Source: Patescibacteria group bacterium (GTDB lineage: Bacteria; Patescibacteriota; Minisyncoccia; Phycocordibacterales; JAKAEA01). From it: a DNA stretch of 64,000 bases. The notes beneath the pieces are model-generated. The model was not told the DNA's origin. It saw only the letters and a program-made list of their open reading frames with translations, and made no database searches. The translations under genes were made by a program, and so were the position numbers. Position 1 is the stretch's first letter. Each line of letters opens with the position of its first letter. Shown piece after piece: positions 54,943 to 64,000 of the stretch. Where the stretch lies: assembly GCA_040387855.1 (NCBI GenBank), contig JAZKCY010000001.1, forward strand, positions 253,857 through 317,856, written 5' to 3'.

Positions 54943-57900
54943 ATGTCGACAAAAAATACCCCAGCAAAGAGAGAACAAAAGATCTTCGGTAAGTTCAAAG
55001 CACCCCTTACCGAGATGCCAAACCTCGTAGAAGCGCAGCTTAATTCATACAAGCTCCTTCTCGAATCGGGCCTTGAAGAAGTATTTCGTGAGTTTTCATC
55101 AATTAAGGATTATTCAGGTAAGAAGTTTGAGCTTGATTTCGCAGGCTTTAAGCTTGGAGCTCCTCAGTACGATGAGTTTTATGCTAAAGACAATAAGCTT
55201 TCATATGAAGCGCCTCTTAAAGTAATCGTACGTCTTAAGAATAAGACTATCGGTGGTACTAAAGAACAAGAAATTTTCATGGCGGACTTTCCGCTCATGA
55301 CTCCTCACGGTACGTTTATCATCGCTGGTATTGAACGAGTAATTGTCCCTCAATTGGCTCGATCATTCGGCGTGTTTTTCACATCTGGTGAAATCAAAGG
55401 AAAAACATACTTCGGAGCAAAAATCATTCCATCACGAGGTGCATGGATTGAAATCGAATCAGAATCGGACGGATCCCTCTACGTTCGAATTGATCGAAAG
55501 CGAAAGTTTCCAGTAACATCACTCCTCCGAATTCTTGGAGCTACAACTGATGCAGATATTCATGCTCTTTTTGCAGGAAATCCAGAAGCAAAGGCTTCAA
55601 TTGAAAATTCTCTTGCAAAGGATCATGCAAAGACAGTTGAAGAATCATATATTGAAATCCACAAGCGACTACGAGACGGAGATCTAGCTACTGCAGATAA
55701 CGCACGAGAATTTATCAAGACTATTTTTGATAAAGAGCGATATGATATCTCACGAGTAGGACGATTCCGATTCAATAAGCGATTCGAAAAGAGCATGCAA
55801 GAAGAATCTCTTGAACGACGAACTATTGATCTTGATGACGTTGCAACTATTGTGAAGCATGTTATTTCCCTTAATAACACACCTGATTCACGAGAAGATG
55901 ATATCGATCACCTTGGATCTCGAAGAGTTCGTTATGTTGGGGAATTATTGCAGCAGAAAATTCGAGTTGGTCTTTCACAGATGAAGCGAAATATTCAGGA
56001 TCGAATGTCTACTATTGAGTCAGACGTTACTATGCCTGTGCAGTTCATCTCACCAAAGCCACTACAGGCTCGAATTAAAGAATTTTTTACAACAAACCAG
56101 TTGTCTCAGTTCATGCAGCAAGAAAACATCTTGTCTGAATTGGAACATCTTCGAACCCTCTCAGCTCTCGGACCTGGAGGTCTCGATCGACTACGAGCGG
56201 GCTTTGAAGTGCGAGACGTGCACCCATCTCACTACGGACGATTGTGTCCAATCCACACACCTGAAGGACCAAACATCGGTCTTATTCTTCGACTCTGCAC
56301 CTATGCACGTTTGAATGAATTCGGCATGATTGAAACTCCGTATGCAAAGGTAAAGAATGGAAAGATCACTGGTGAAATTCAGTACTTGAATGCTCTTGAA
56401 GAAGAATCATTCAATATTGCTCATGCTGCAACTCAGTATGATAAAGATGGAAATCTAACTGAAGAAGAAACAGAAGTGCGATCAAATGGAAATCCTATTG
56501 TAGTTGCTCGAAACGATGTGCACTACATCGACGTAGCAACAAACCAGGCATTCTCTATTGCAACTTCTATGATTCCGTTTCTAAACCACGACGACGCATC
56601 ACGAGCGCTCATGGGTTCAAACATGCAGAAGCAAGCTACTCCATGTATTATTCCTGAAGCACCATTGGTTGCTACTGGAATTGAAGAGAAAGCAGCTCGA
56701 GACACAGGACGACTTATTCTTGCAGATGAAGATGGAGTTATTTCAGCTGTAGATGCACGACAGATCACTCTCAAAACAAATAAAGGTAAAGAAATTACTC
56801 ACAAGTTGGTGAACTACTCACGAACAAACGGATTTACTGCATTCCACCAGCGACCAGTTGTAAACCTAAATCAGAAAGTTGAGAAGGGAGAATTGCTCGC
56901 TGATACTTCATCATCTGATGGAGGACAAATGGCCCTCGGACAAAACATGCTTATTGCATTTATGTCATGGTCTGGAAACAACTACGAAGACGCTATTATT
57001 CTTTCAGAAAAACTTGTTAAAGAAAGTAAGTTTACTTCAATCCACTTAGAAGAATTTGTGGTGAACGTACGAGACACAAAGCTCGGACCTGAAGTTACAA
57101 CTCACGACATTCCAAACGTTGGAGAAGGAAAACTTAAGAACCTCGACGAAGAAGGTATCATTCGAATAGGAGCAGAAGTACGGCCAGGAGATATCCTTGT
57201 TGGAAAAATTACTCCAAAGGGAGAAACTCAGCTTACTCCAGAAGAACGACTTCTACGATCACTCTTCGGTGAAAAATCACGAGATGTAAAAGATACATCA
57301 AAGCGATTGGAGAACGGAAAGCGAGGACGAGTTATCTCAGTAAAAGTATTCGGACGAGAAAAGGGAGACAAACTTGAATCTGGAATCATCAAGCGAATTC
57401 ACATTGAAATTGCGCAGCTTCGAAATGTATCTGTAGGAGACAAGCTTGCGGGACGACACGGAAACAAGGGAGTTATCTCAAAGATTCTTCCTATTGAAGA
57501 TATGCCATACATGACAGACGGAACTCCTGTAGATATGATTTTGACACCGCTTGGAGTGCCATCACGTATGAACCTCGGACAGATTCTTGAACTTCACTTA
57601 GGTTTAGCTGCAAAAACTCTTAATTATCAAGCTATCGTCCCTCCATTTACGGGAGCTACCGATGTTGAAATTAAGCAAGAATTGGTAAAGGCTGGTTACA
57701 AAGAAAACGGAAAAATGAAACTCTTTGATGGACGAACAGGAGAAGCATTCCAGCAAGAAATTGCAGTAGGTTACATGTATATCTTGAAACTTCACCACAT
57801 GGTGGAAGATAAGATCCACATGCGATCAATTGGACCTTACTCTCTCATTACTCAGCAGCCACTTGGAGGAAAGGCTCAGCAAGGAGGTCAACGATTTGGA

Positions 57901-58152
57901 GAAATGGAAGTGTGGGCTCTTCTCGGACACGGCGCAGCATACAACTTGCGAGAAGTTCTCACTATTAAGTCTGACGATATCCAGGGACGATCAGCAGCAT
58001 TCGATGCAATCGTTAAGGGTAACGACATTCAGGCACCAAATATTCCAGCATCATTCAATGTGCTCATGGCAAACCTAAAGGGACTTGCACTTGATGTTGA
58101 TTTGAAAAAGAAAAAGGTCGAGTACGAAGATGTAACTAATGACGAAAAATAA
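54943..58152 (+). CDS. rpoB: RNA polymerase beta subunit
   Basis: RDVHPSHYGRLCP, GDKLAGRHGNKG and GGQRFGEME. Confidence 0.98.
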   Translation: MSTKNTPAKREQKIFGKFKAPLTEMPNLVEAQLNSYKLLLESGLEEVFREFSSIKDYSGKKFELDFAGFKLGAPQYDEFYAKDNKLSYEAPLKVIVRLKNKTIGGTKEQEIFMADFPLMTPHGTFIIAGIERVIVPQLARSFGVFFTSGEIKGKTYFGAKIIPSRGAWIEIESESDGSLYVRIDRKRKFPVTSLLRILGATTDADIHALFAGNPEAKASIENSLAKDHAKTVEESYIEIHKRLRDGDLATADNAREFIKTIFDKERYDISRVGRFRFNKRFEKSMQEESLERRTIDLDDVATIVKHVISLNNTPDSREDDIDHLGSRRVRYVGELLQQKIRVGLSQMKRNIQDRMSTIESDVTMPVQFISPKPLQARIKEFFTTNQLSQFMQQENILSELEHLRTLSALGPGGLDRLRAGFEVRDVHPSHYGRLCPIHTPEGPNIGLILRLCTYARLNEFGMIETPYAKVKNGKITGEIQYLNALEEESFNIAHAATQYDKDGNLTEEETEVRSNGNPIVVARNDVHYIDVATNQAFSIATSMIPFLNHDDASRALMGSNMQKQATPCIIPEAPLVATGIEEKAARDTGRLILADEDGVISAVDARQITLKTNKGKEITHKLVNYSRTNGFTAFHQRPVVNLNQKVEKGELLADTSSSDGGQMALGQNMLIAFMSWSGNNYEDAIILSEKLVKESKFTSIHLEEFVVNVRDTKLGPEVTTHDIPNVGEGKLKNLDEEGIIRIGAEVRPGDILVGKITPKGETQLTPEERLLRSLFGEKSRDVKDTSKRLENGKRGRVISVKVFGREKGDKLESGIIKRIHIEIAQLRNVSVGDKLAGRHGNKGVISKILPIEDMPYMTDGTPVDMILTPLGVPSRMNLGQILELHLGLAAKTLNYQAIVPPFTGATDVEIKQELVKAGYKENGKMKLFDGRTGEAFQQEIAVGYMYILKLHHMVEDKIHMRSIGPYSLITQQPLGGKAQQGGQRFGEMEVWALLGHGAAYNLREVLTIKSDDIQGRSAAFDAIVKGNDIQAPNIPASFNVLMANLKGLALDVDLKKKKVEYEDVTNDEK

Positions 58153-58175
58153 TTCATCATTAATTATCTAAACTT

Positions 58176-61100
58176 ATGAAAACCCCCAACAACAAAATTA
58201 AAGGAGCTGAAAATCTCGATTTCGACGCAATCGTTTTACGAGTGGCTTCTCCTGAAAAAATTAAGGAATGGTCATATGGCGAAGTAACAAAGCCAGAAAC
58301 TATTAACTATCGTACTCAGCGATCTGAAAAGAGTGGTCTCTTCGATGAAAAAATATTCGGTCCAGATAAGGATTATGAATGTTACTGTGGAAAGTATCGT
58401 GGAATTCGATACAAGGGAATTGTCTGTGAAAAGTGTGGAGTTGAAATCACTCGATCAATTGTTCGACGAGAGCGAATGGGCCACATTGATTTAGCTACAC
58501 CCGTATCTCACATTTGGTTCTTGCGATCAATGCCATCACGAATTGGTATGATCCTCGGATTGAATACTCCTGATCTTGAGAAAGTTATCTACTTCGCAGG
58601 ATACATTGTAAACAGTGTAAACGAAGAAGAACGACAGCAGATCTTGAAAGACTTGGATTCAGAATTTAAGTCAAAGATGAAGAATCTCCAAGACGAAAAG
58701 TCAAAGGAGGCTATGAAAGAGATGATGACAACTGCTAAGAAGGATATTGAAAATATTCAGGCAGGTCAGGTTCTTGATGAAGTGCAGTACCACAACTACT
58801 CAATGAAGTACGGTACACTCTTTGAAGCAGGAATTGGAGCAGAAGCTATCTACAATATTTTCAAAAATCTTGATCTTAAGAAATTGGCAGGGAAGCTTGA
58901 AGTAGATCTTGAAAAAGCGGGATCAGCAGAAGTTGATAAAATCAACAAGCGATTGTCACTTCTCCGAGCGATGATTAGCTCAGGAATCCGACCTGAATGG
59001 ATGTTCCTTTCACGAATTCCAGTTATTCCACCAGGTATTCGACCAATGGTTCCTCTAGACGGAGGACGATATGCAACATCAGACGTAAACGATCTTTACC
59101 GACGAGTTATCAATCGAAACAACCGACTCAAGAAGCTTAAGGAAATCATGGCTCCTGATGTTATTCTCCGAAACGAAAAGCGAATCTTGCAAGAAGCAGT
59201 TGATTCACTTATCGACAACTCTATCCGACACGGAAATGCGTCACAGTCTGCGGTAAATCAGTCACAGCGACGAGCACTTAAGTCACTCTCAGACAATCTT
59301 AAGGGTAAGCGAGGTCTCTTCCGAGCAAACCTTCTTGGAAAGCGAGTAGACTACTCAGGACGATCAGTTATCGTGGTGGGTCCACACCTTGGATTGCACC
59401 AGTGTGGTCTTCCAAAGTTTATGGCACTCGAACTCTTCCGACCATTTGTTATTTCAGAACTTCTTAAGAAAGAACACGCATTCAACATTCGAGGTGCAGG
59501 ACGACTTATCGATGAAGGTCTACCAGAAGTATGGGCAATTCTCGAAGATGTAATCAAAGACAAGTATGTGCTTTTGAACCGAGCTCCTACTCTTCACCGA
59601 TTAGGTATGCAGGCGTTCAAGCCTATCCTTATTGAAGGATCTGCTATCCAAGTTCACCCTCTCGTATGTACAGCGTTCAACGCCGACTTCGACGGAGACC
59701 AAATGGCCGTTCACGTTCCGCTTTCAAAAGAAGCGCAGCTTGAAGCAAAGGAAATTATGGCATCTGTGAAGAACATCTTGAAGCCTGGATCTGGAGAACC
59801 AACAGTATCAGCAAAAATGCTTGATATCGTTCTTGGATGTTACTGGATGACAAAGATTGTTGCTGGTGAAAAGGGAGAAGATAAAATTTTCCCTGGAGCA
59901 AACAGTGCAATTACTGCTCACGACTTCGGTGAACTTTCACTCCGAGCAAAAATCAAAGTACTTCCAAAGAATACTCAGAAGTATGCAGGATTTGATGGTA
60001 AGCCATTTGAAACTTCTGTAGGAAGACTTTTGTTCAATGCTGTTCTTCCAAAAGACTATCCATTCATCAATCAAGAAATCAACCGAAAGAAGATGCAGGC
60101 AATCGTAACTGATCTTATTGATATTTACGGTATCGAAAATGTTCCTGCAATCCTCGACCGAGTTAAGGAATTCGGATTCAAGTATGCAACACACTCTGGT
60201 ACAACATGGGGAATTGATGACGTTGTGATTCCAAAGGGTAAGCCAAAGGTTATCGAAGCTGCACGTGCTCGAGCAGATGTTGTGTTGTCACAATACAATG
60301 ACGGTCTTCTTTCACAGGAAGAACGAGCTCGAATGATGATTGAAATTTGGCAAGATGCTAAGGGTCAAATCGAAAAGCTTATTCCTGAAAGTTTGGATCC
60401 AAATGGTTCTGTTTCAGACATGGTTATGTCAGGAGCCCGAGGTTCTCTTGCTCAGATTGTGCAGATGGCCGGAATGAAAGGATTGATTACAAATACTGCT
60501 GGAGAAACAATCGAATTCCCAATTATCTCAAACTCAAAGGAAGGTCTAACACCTATTGAATACTTCATTACTACTCACGGATCACGAAAGGGTCTTACCG
60601 ACACCGCGCTTAACACTGCAAAGGCAGGTTACCTTACTCGTAAGCTCTTCGTTGTAGCCCAGGACACAATGATCTCAGAAGAGGATTGTGGAACTAAGAA
60701 AGGAATCAATGTTCGAAAGGATAGTGGAAGTGGACTTGAAGTTCCTGTATCAAAGATCATCCGAGGACGAACACTTGCACTTGATGCTGTTACTGCATCT
60801 GGCGAAGTACTCTTCAAGCGAGGACATCTACTCACAAAAGATGAGTCAATGAAAATAGAAGAAGCTGGTATTCAAGAAGTATGCGTACGATCACCAATGA
60901 CCTGTGAAAGTGCATCAGGAATTTGTGCTCATTGTTACGGAAACGATCTTGGAAAGAACAAGCTTATCGAAATTGGAGAAGCTGTAGGAACTGTTGCTGG
61001 TCAGGCTATCGGAGAACCAGGTACACAGCTTACTATGCGAACCTTCCACTCTGGAGGTACTGCACAGATTGGAGGAGACATTACACAAGGTCTTCCTCGA

Positions 61101-61880
61101 GTTGAAGAAGTCTTTGAAAAACGATCTCCAAAGAATCCTGCTGTAGTTATTCATGCAGATGGACTTGTTGCAGAAATTAAAGATACTGGAAAAGAAAAAA
61201 TCATTACTATTCTTCCTGATGAAGGAGAGAAGCCAAAGGCAAAAACTACAAAGACAAAGAAGAAGAATGATAATGAATACAGTGTGAGTTATAACCGAGT
61301 TATTCTTGTAAAAGCAGGAGATAAGGTAAAGAAGGGTCAAATTGTTACCGACGGTTCTGCAGATATCGACGAACTCTTCAAATATGGAGGCCGAGAAGTT
61401 ACTCAGGATTACATCATTTCTGAAGTATCAAAGCTCTACGAACTTCAAGGAGAATCTGTTTCTCGAAAGCACATTGAAGTTATTGTACGACAAATGTTCT
61501 CACGACGAATCATCAAAACTCCAGGTGACGCTGCATTCTCAGTTGGCGATCTCGTAGAAAACCATCTCTTTGTTCATGAAAATGCACGAGTACGAGAGAA
61601 GGGAGGAGAAGAGGCTAAGGGTGAATATGTAGTTATGGGTATTACTGAAGTTTCTCTTTCACGAAAGAGTTTCCTTTCAGCAGCTTCATTCCAACATACA
61701 ACTCGAGTTCTTATCAATGCCGCTATCCGAGGTACTGAAGACAACCTAAGTGGTCTTATGGAAAACGTTATCTTAGGACGATTGATTCCAGCAGGTACAG
61801 GATTTAAGGGAAGTCCAAAGGCAAAGATGATTGAAGCAATGCAAAAAGCTTCAGCTCCAGCACCACGATTTGAGGAGTAG
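58176..61880 (+). CDS. rpoC: RNA polymerase beta' subunit
   Basis: NADFDGD, Zn-finger CYCG/CEKC and [13 protein letters not shown]. Confidence 0.98.
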   Translation: MKTPNNKIKGAENLDFDAIVLRVASPEKIKEWSYGEVTKPETINYRTQRSEKSGLFDEKIFGPDKDYECYCGKYRGIRYKGIVCEKCGVEITRSIVRRERMGHIDLATPVSHIWFLRSMPSRIGMILGLNTPDLEKVIYFAGYIVNSVNEEERQQILKDLDSEFKSKMKNLQDEKSKEAMKEMMTTAKKDIENIQAGQVLDEVQYHNYSMKYGTLFEAGIGAEAIYNIFKNLDLKKLAGKLEVDLEKAGSAEVDKINKRLSLLRAMISSGIRPEWMFLSRIPVIPPGIRPMVPLDGGRYATSDVNDLYRRVINRNNRLKKLKEIMAPDVILRNEKRILQEAVDSLIDNSIRHGNASQSAVNQSQRRALKSLSDNLKGKRGLFRANLLGKRVDYSGRSVIVVGPHLGLHQCGLPKFMALELFRPFVISELLKKEHAFNIRGAGRLIDEGLPEVWAILEDVIKDKYVLLNRAPTLHRLGMQAFKPILIEGSAIQVHPLVCTAFNADFDGDQMAVHVPLSKEAQLEAKEIMASVKNILKPGSGEPTVSAKMLDIVLGCYWMTKIVAGEKGEDKIFPGANSAITAHDFGELSLRAKIKVLPKNTQKYAGFDGKPFETSVGRLLFNAVLPKDYPFINQEINRKKMQAIVTDLIDIYGIENVPAILDRVKEFGFKYATHSGTTWGIDDVVIPKGKPKVIEAARARADVVLSQYNDGLLSQEERARMMIEIWQDAKGQIEKLIPESLDPNGSVSDMVMSGARGSLAQIVQMAGMKGLITNTAGETIEFPIISNSKEGLTPIEYFITTHGSRKGLTDTALNTAKAGYLTRKLFVVAQDTMISEEDCGTKKGINVRKDSGSGLEVPVSKIIRGRTLALDAVTASGEVLFKRGHLLTKDESMKIEEAGIQEVCVRSPMTCESASGICAHCYGNDLGKNKLIEIGEAVGTVAGQAIGEPGTQLTMRTFHSGGTAQIGGDITQGLPRVEEVFEKRSPKNPAVVIHADGLVAEIKDTGKEKIITILPDEGEKPKAKTTKTKKKNDNEYSVSYNRVILVKAGDKVKKGQIVTDGSADIDELFKYGGREVTQDYIISEVSKLYELQGESVSRKHIEVIVRQMFSRRIIKTPGDAAFSVGDLVENHLFVHENARVREKGGEEAKGEYVVMGITEVSLSRKSFLSAASFQHTTRVLINAAIRGTEDNLSGLMENVILGRLIPAGTGFKGSPKAKMIEAMQKASAPAPRFEE

Positions 61881-61907
61881 AGTCGGTTAGTACGTGAAGT
61901 TTTATAC

Positions 61908-63629
61908 ATGTCCTCTCACGTAGAAAAAATAAAAGAAAAATTGAGCATTGTTGATGTTGTTGGATCGTATATTCAGCTTGAAAAAGCTGGTACCAACTAC
62001 AAAGCAAAATGTCCATTCCACAACGAAAAGTCGCCATCATTCTTTATCTCTCCAGATAGGAATACGTACTATTGTTTTGGATGTGGTCATAAGGGTGACA
62101 TTCTGTCGTTTGTTCAAGAATTCGAGGGGCTCGATTTTATGGGAGCCCTTCGGGTGCTTGCGCAGCGTGCAGGTGTCACACTTGAAAAAGAAAATCCAAC
62201 GATACGTACAGAACGAGAAAAACTGTACTTAGCAATGGAGCATGCTACACTTTTCTTTCAACGTGAACTCATGCATAAAACAGATGCTAAAGAGTATCTG
62301 AAGAAACGAGGTCTTGTAGAAAAAACGGTGCGTGAATGGCGTGTTGGATATGCGCCCCTTGATTGGAAAGCAGTATCTACCTACTTGTTAACAAAAGGTT
62401 TCAAGATAGAAGAAATAGAAAAAGTAGGCTTGGCAAAAAAGTCTGACAAACGAGAAGGAGACCACTATGATCGATTTCGCGGACGTATCATGTTCCCATT
62501 ATTTGATTCTTCAGGAAGAGTAATCGCTTTTTCTGGTAGACAATTTGAACACGATGGTACTGAAGCAAAATATATCAATAGTCCTGAAACAGTTTTGTTT
62601 GAAAAATCTCGAGTATTGTATGGTTTTGATAAAGCAAAACTAGAAATACGAAAACGAGACTATTCACTACTTGTAGAAGGACAGATGGATTTGCTCATGA
62701 GTCATCAAGCCGGAGTTTCTAATGCTATAGCATCTTCAGGTACAGCGCTTACTCAGGATCAGCTTGAAATCGTACGTCGACTATCAAATAAAGTAGTTAT
62801 TGCGTATGACGGTGATAGTGCAGGACTCGCAGCTGCAGCTCGCGGATGGCAGATTGCTCTAAAGCTTGGAATGGATGTAAAGATTGCTGTAATGCCCAAA
62901 GGTAAAGATCCAGCAGATCTTATTTTGGAAGATCCACAGGCATTTGAAACTATTGTAAAAAATGCCCGTCATATTATCGATGTTGAATTGGATAGAATCC
63001 TTCAGACTTTTTCTGATAGTCGCGAGCGAGCTCTAGAGGTTGAAAAAAATGTTTTACCCTATGTTGCAGAACTGAAGAGCGAAATAGAAAAGGGGCACTT
63101 TATCAGTAAGATTGCACATGAAGCTAAGATTAAGGAAGATGTAATCTGGCAAGAAATACGAAAAAGAGAGAAGAATCTTTATACAGCTGCTGTGCCTGAT
63201 GTAAATAAGCCTCAGAATAAGGCTATGCCCGCTCGAAAGGGTTCAATAGAACGAACTTTGTTTGGAATTCTATTCTGGCAAGAAAAACAGAGTTCATCCG
63301 TCTTAGATAGTCTAGACATTAAGACAAAATTAAGTAATATTATTGGTAAGGAACAGATGAGCGACATTGAGACAGAAATGCGCAAACATCAAGACGAGCT
63401 CATATTTGAAGCTGAAGTCTCCTATCAAGACAGCAAAAATTTAAATACATATACAGACGAGTTGGTAAAAAGTCTCCATGAAGAATACCTTCGAGAACTT
63501 TTTGGGAAAACCGTCAAAGAATTGGAAGAAGCAGAAAGAGAAAGGAATGCAGATAAAGCAGTCGAACTCTTACAAAAGTGTCAGGAAATATCGAGTCAGT
63601 TAAGCAAGCTCTTACGAGAACGAGCATAA
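61908..63629 (+). CDS. dnaG: DNA primase
   Basis: CPFHNEKSPSF, CFGCG, KYINSPET, EGQMD and YDGDSAG. Confidence 0.97.
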   Translation: MSSHVEKIKEKLSIVDVVGSYIQLEKAGTNYKAKCPFHNEKSPSFFISPDRNTYYCFGCGHKGDILSFVQEFEGLDFMGALRVLAQRAGVTLEKENPTIRTEREKLYLAMEHATLFFQRELMHKTDAKEYLKKRGLVEKTVREWRVGYAPLDWKAVSTYLLTKGFKIEEIEKVGLAKKSDKREGDHYDRFRGRIMFPLFDSSGRVIAFSGRQFEHDGTEAKYINSPETVLFEKSRVLYGFDKAKLEIRKRDYSLLVEGQMDLLMSHQAGVSNAIASSGTALTQDQLEIVRRLSNKVVIAYDGDSAGLAAAARGWQIALKLGMDVKIAVMPKGKDPADLILEDPQAFETIVKNARHIIDVELDRILQTFSDSRERALEVEKNVLPYVAELKSEIEKGHFISKIAHEAKIKEDVIWQEIRKREKNLYTAAVPDVNKPQNKAMPARKGSIERTLFGILFWQEKQSSSVLDSLDIKTKLSNIIGKEQMSDIETEMRKHQDELIFEAEVSYQDSKNLNTYTDELVKSLHEEYLRELFGKTVKELEEAERERNADKAVELLQKCQEISSQLSKLLRERA

Positions 63630-63639
63630 CACCACTCTA

Positions 63640-64000
63640 ATGAAAAAAAATAACAAAGAAAAAAAGAATACGACTGTAAAAAAAGGTGCTAAGCCAAAGG
63701 CAGCACCTGTGAAGAAATCTGCACCAAAAGCTTCAAAGCCAGTTGCACATACTAAGTCTGAAAAAAACAGTAAGTCTAAAGATACAAAAGAGAAAGTAAA
63801 AGTAGCTTCTAAACCTGGATCAAAGAAAGAAGATAACGAAAAAAAGTCAGATAAGCTTGTTGCAAAAGGAAAAGAACGAGGCTTCGTTACCTATGATGAA
63901 ATTCTGAAAGAATTTCCAACAATTGAAGATGATATTATCTTCCTAGAAGAATTGTATGAAAAGTTTTCTTCATCAGGAATTGATGTTCTTGAAGGAGGAG
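63640..64000 (+). CDS. rpoD: Primary sigma factor, partial (runs off the window)
   Basis: Translated by hand: a Lys/Ala/Pro-rich extension then LVAKGKERGFVTYDEIL...LEELYE...GIDV (region 1.1). Lies after dnaG. Confidence 0.85.
   Translation, partial: MKKNNKEKKNTTVKKGAKPKAAPVKKSAPKASKPVAHTKSEKNSKSKDTKEKVKVASKPGSKKEDNEKKSDKLVAKGKERGFVTYDEILKEFPTIEDDIIFLEELYEKFSSSGIDVLEGG

Noticed and set aside
1-64000. UGA recoding (code 25), inteins or introns in core genes
   Set aside because: Core genes translate full length in code 11 with no in-frame TGA, and gyrB, dnaE, rpoB and rpoC have ordinary or compact lengths.

Overview
This is a low-GC, gene-dense bacterial chromosome segment using the standard code (table 11). 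Gene content and the compact proteins point to Patescibacteria/CPR, most likely Parcubacteria (inference, no search run). Core genes: lemA plus a TPM protein, tRNA-Ser(GGA), nfi, a gap-rpiB-rpe-tktN-tktC-pfkB-fba sugar cluster, two type IV pilin-like loci, rplY, a coiled-coil lytic transglycosylase, rpmE-prfA-rpsB-tsf, tRNA-Thr(TGT), a GT2/GT-C glycan cluster, pheST, gyrB, a CARDB/sortase/IPYTG surface-protein locus, thrS with a T-box, dnaE, rnhB-rpmF-nusB(+Nudix)-rnc-smc, rnr, rpsP-khpA-trmD and rpoB-rpoC-dnaG-rpoD (partial). The most unusual signal is eight dispersed, self-contained GC-rich mini-gene units (about 1.6-1.95, 3.0-3.2, 25.8-26.1, 26.15-26.55, 27.2-27.5, 27.55-27.98, 51.35-51.6 and 54.5-54.7 kb). 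Most have a native AT-rich sigma70-type promoter, and GC rises roughly where the transcript would begin. Each has a Shine-Dalgarno sequence, a small ORF with no recognisable family and a 3' hairpin, and three of those hairpins share an ACCAC loop. Housekeeping genes, by contrast, mostly lack an SD and many look leaderless. No integrase, transposase, CRISPR array or rRNA was seen.
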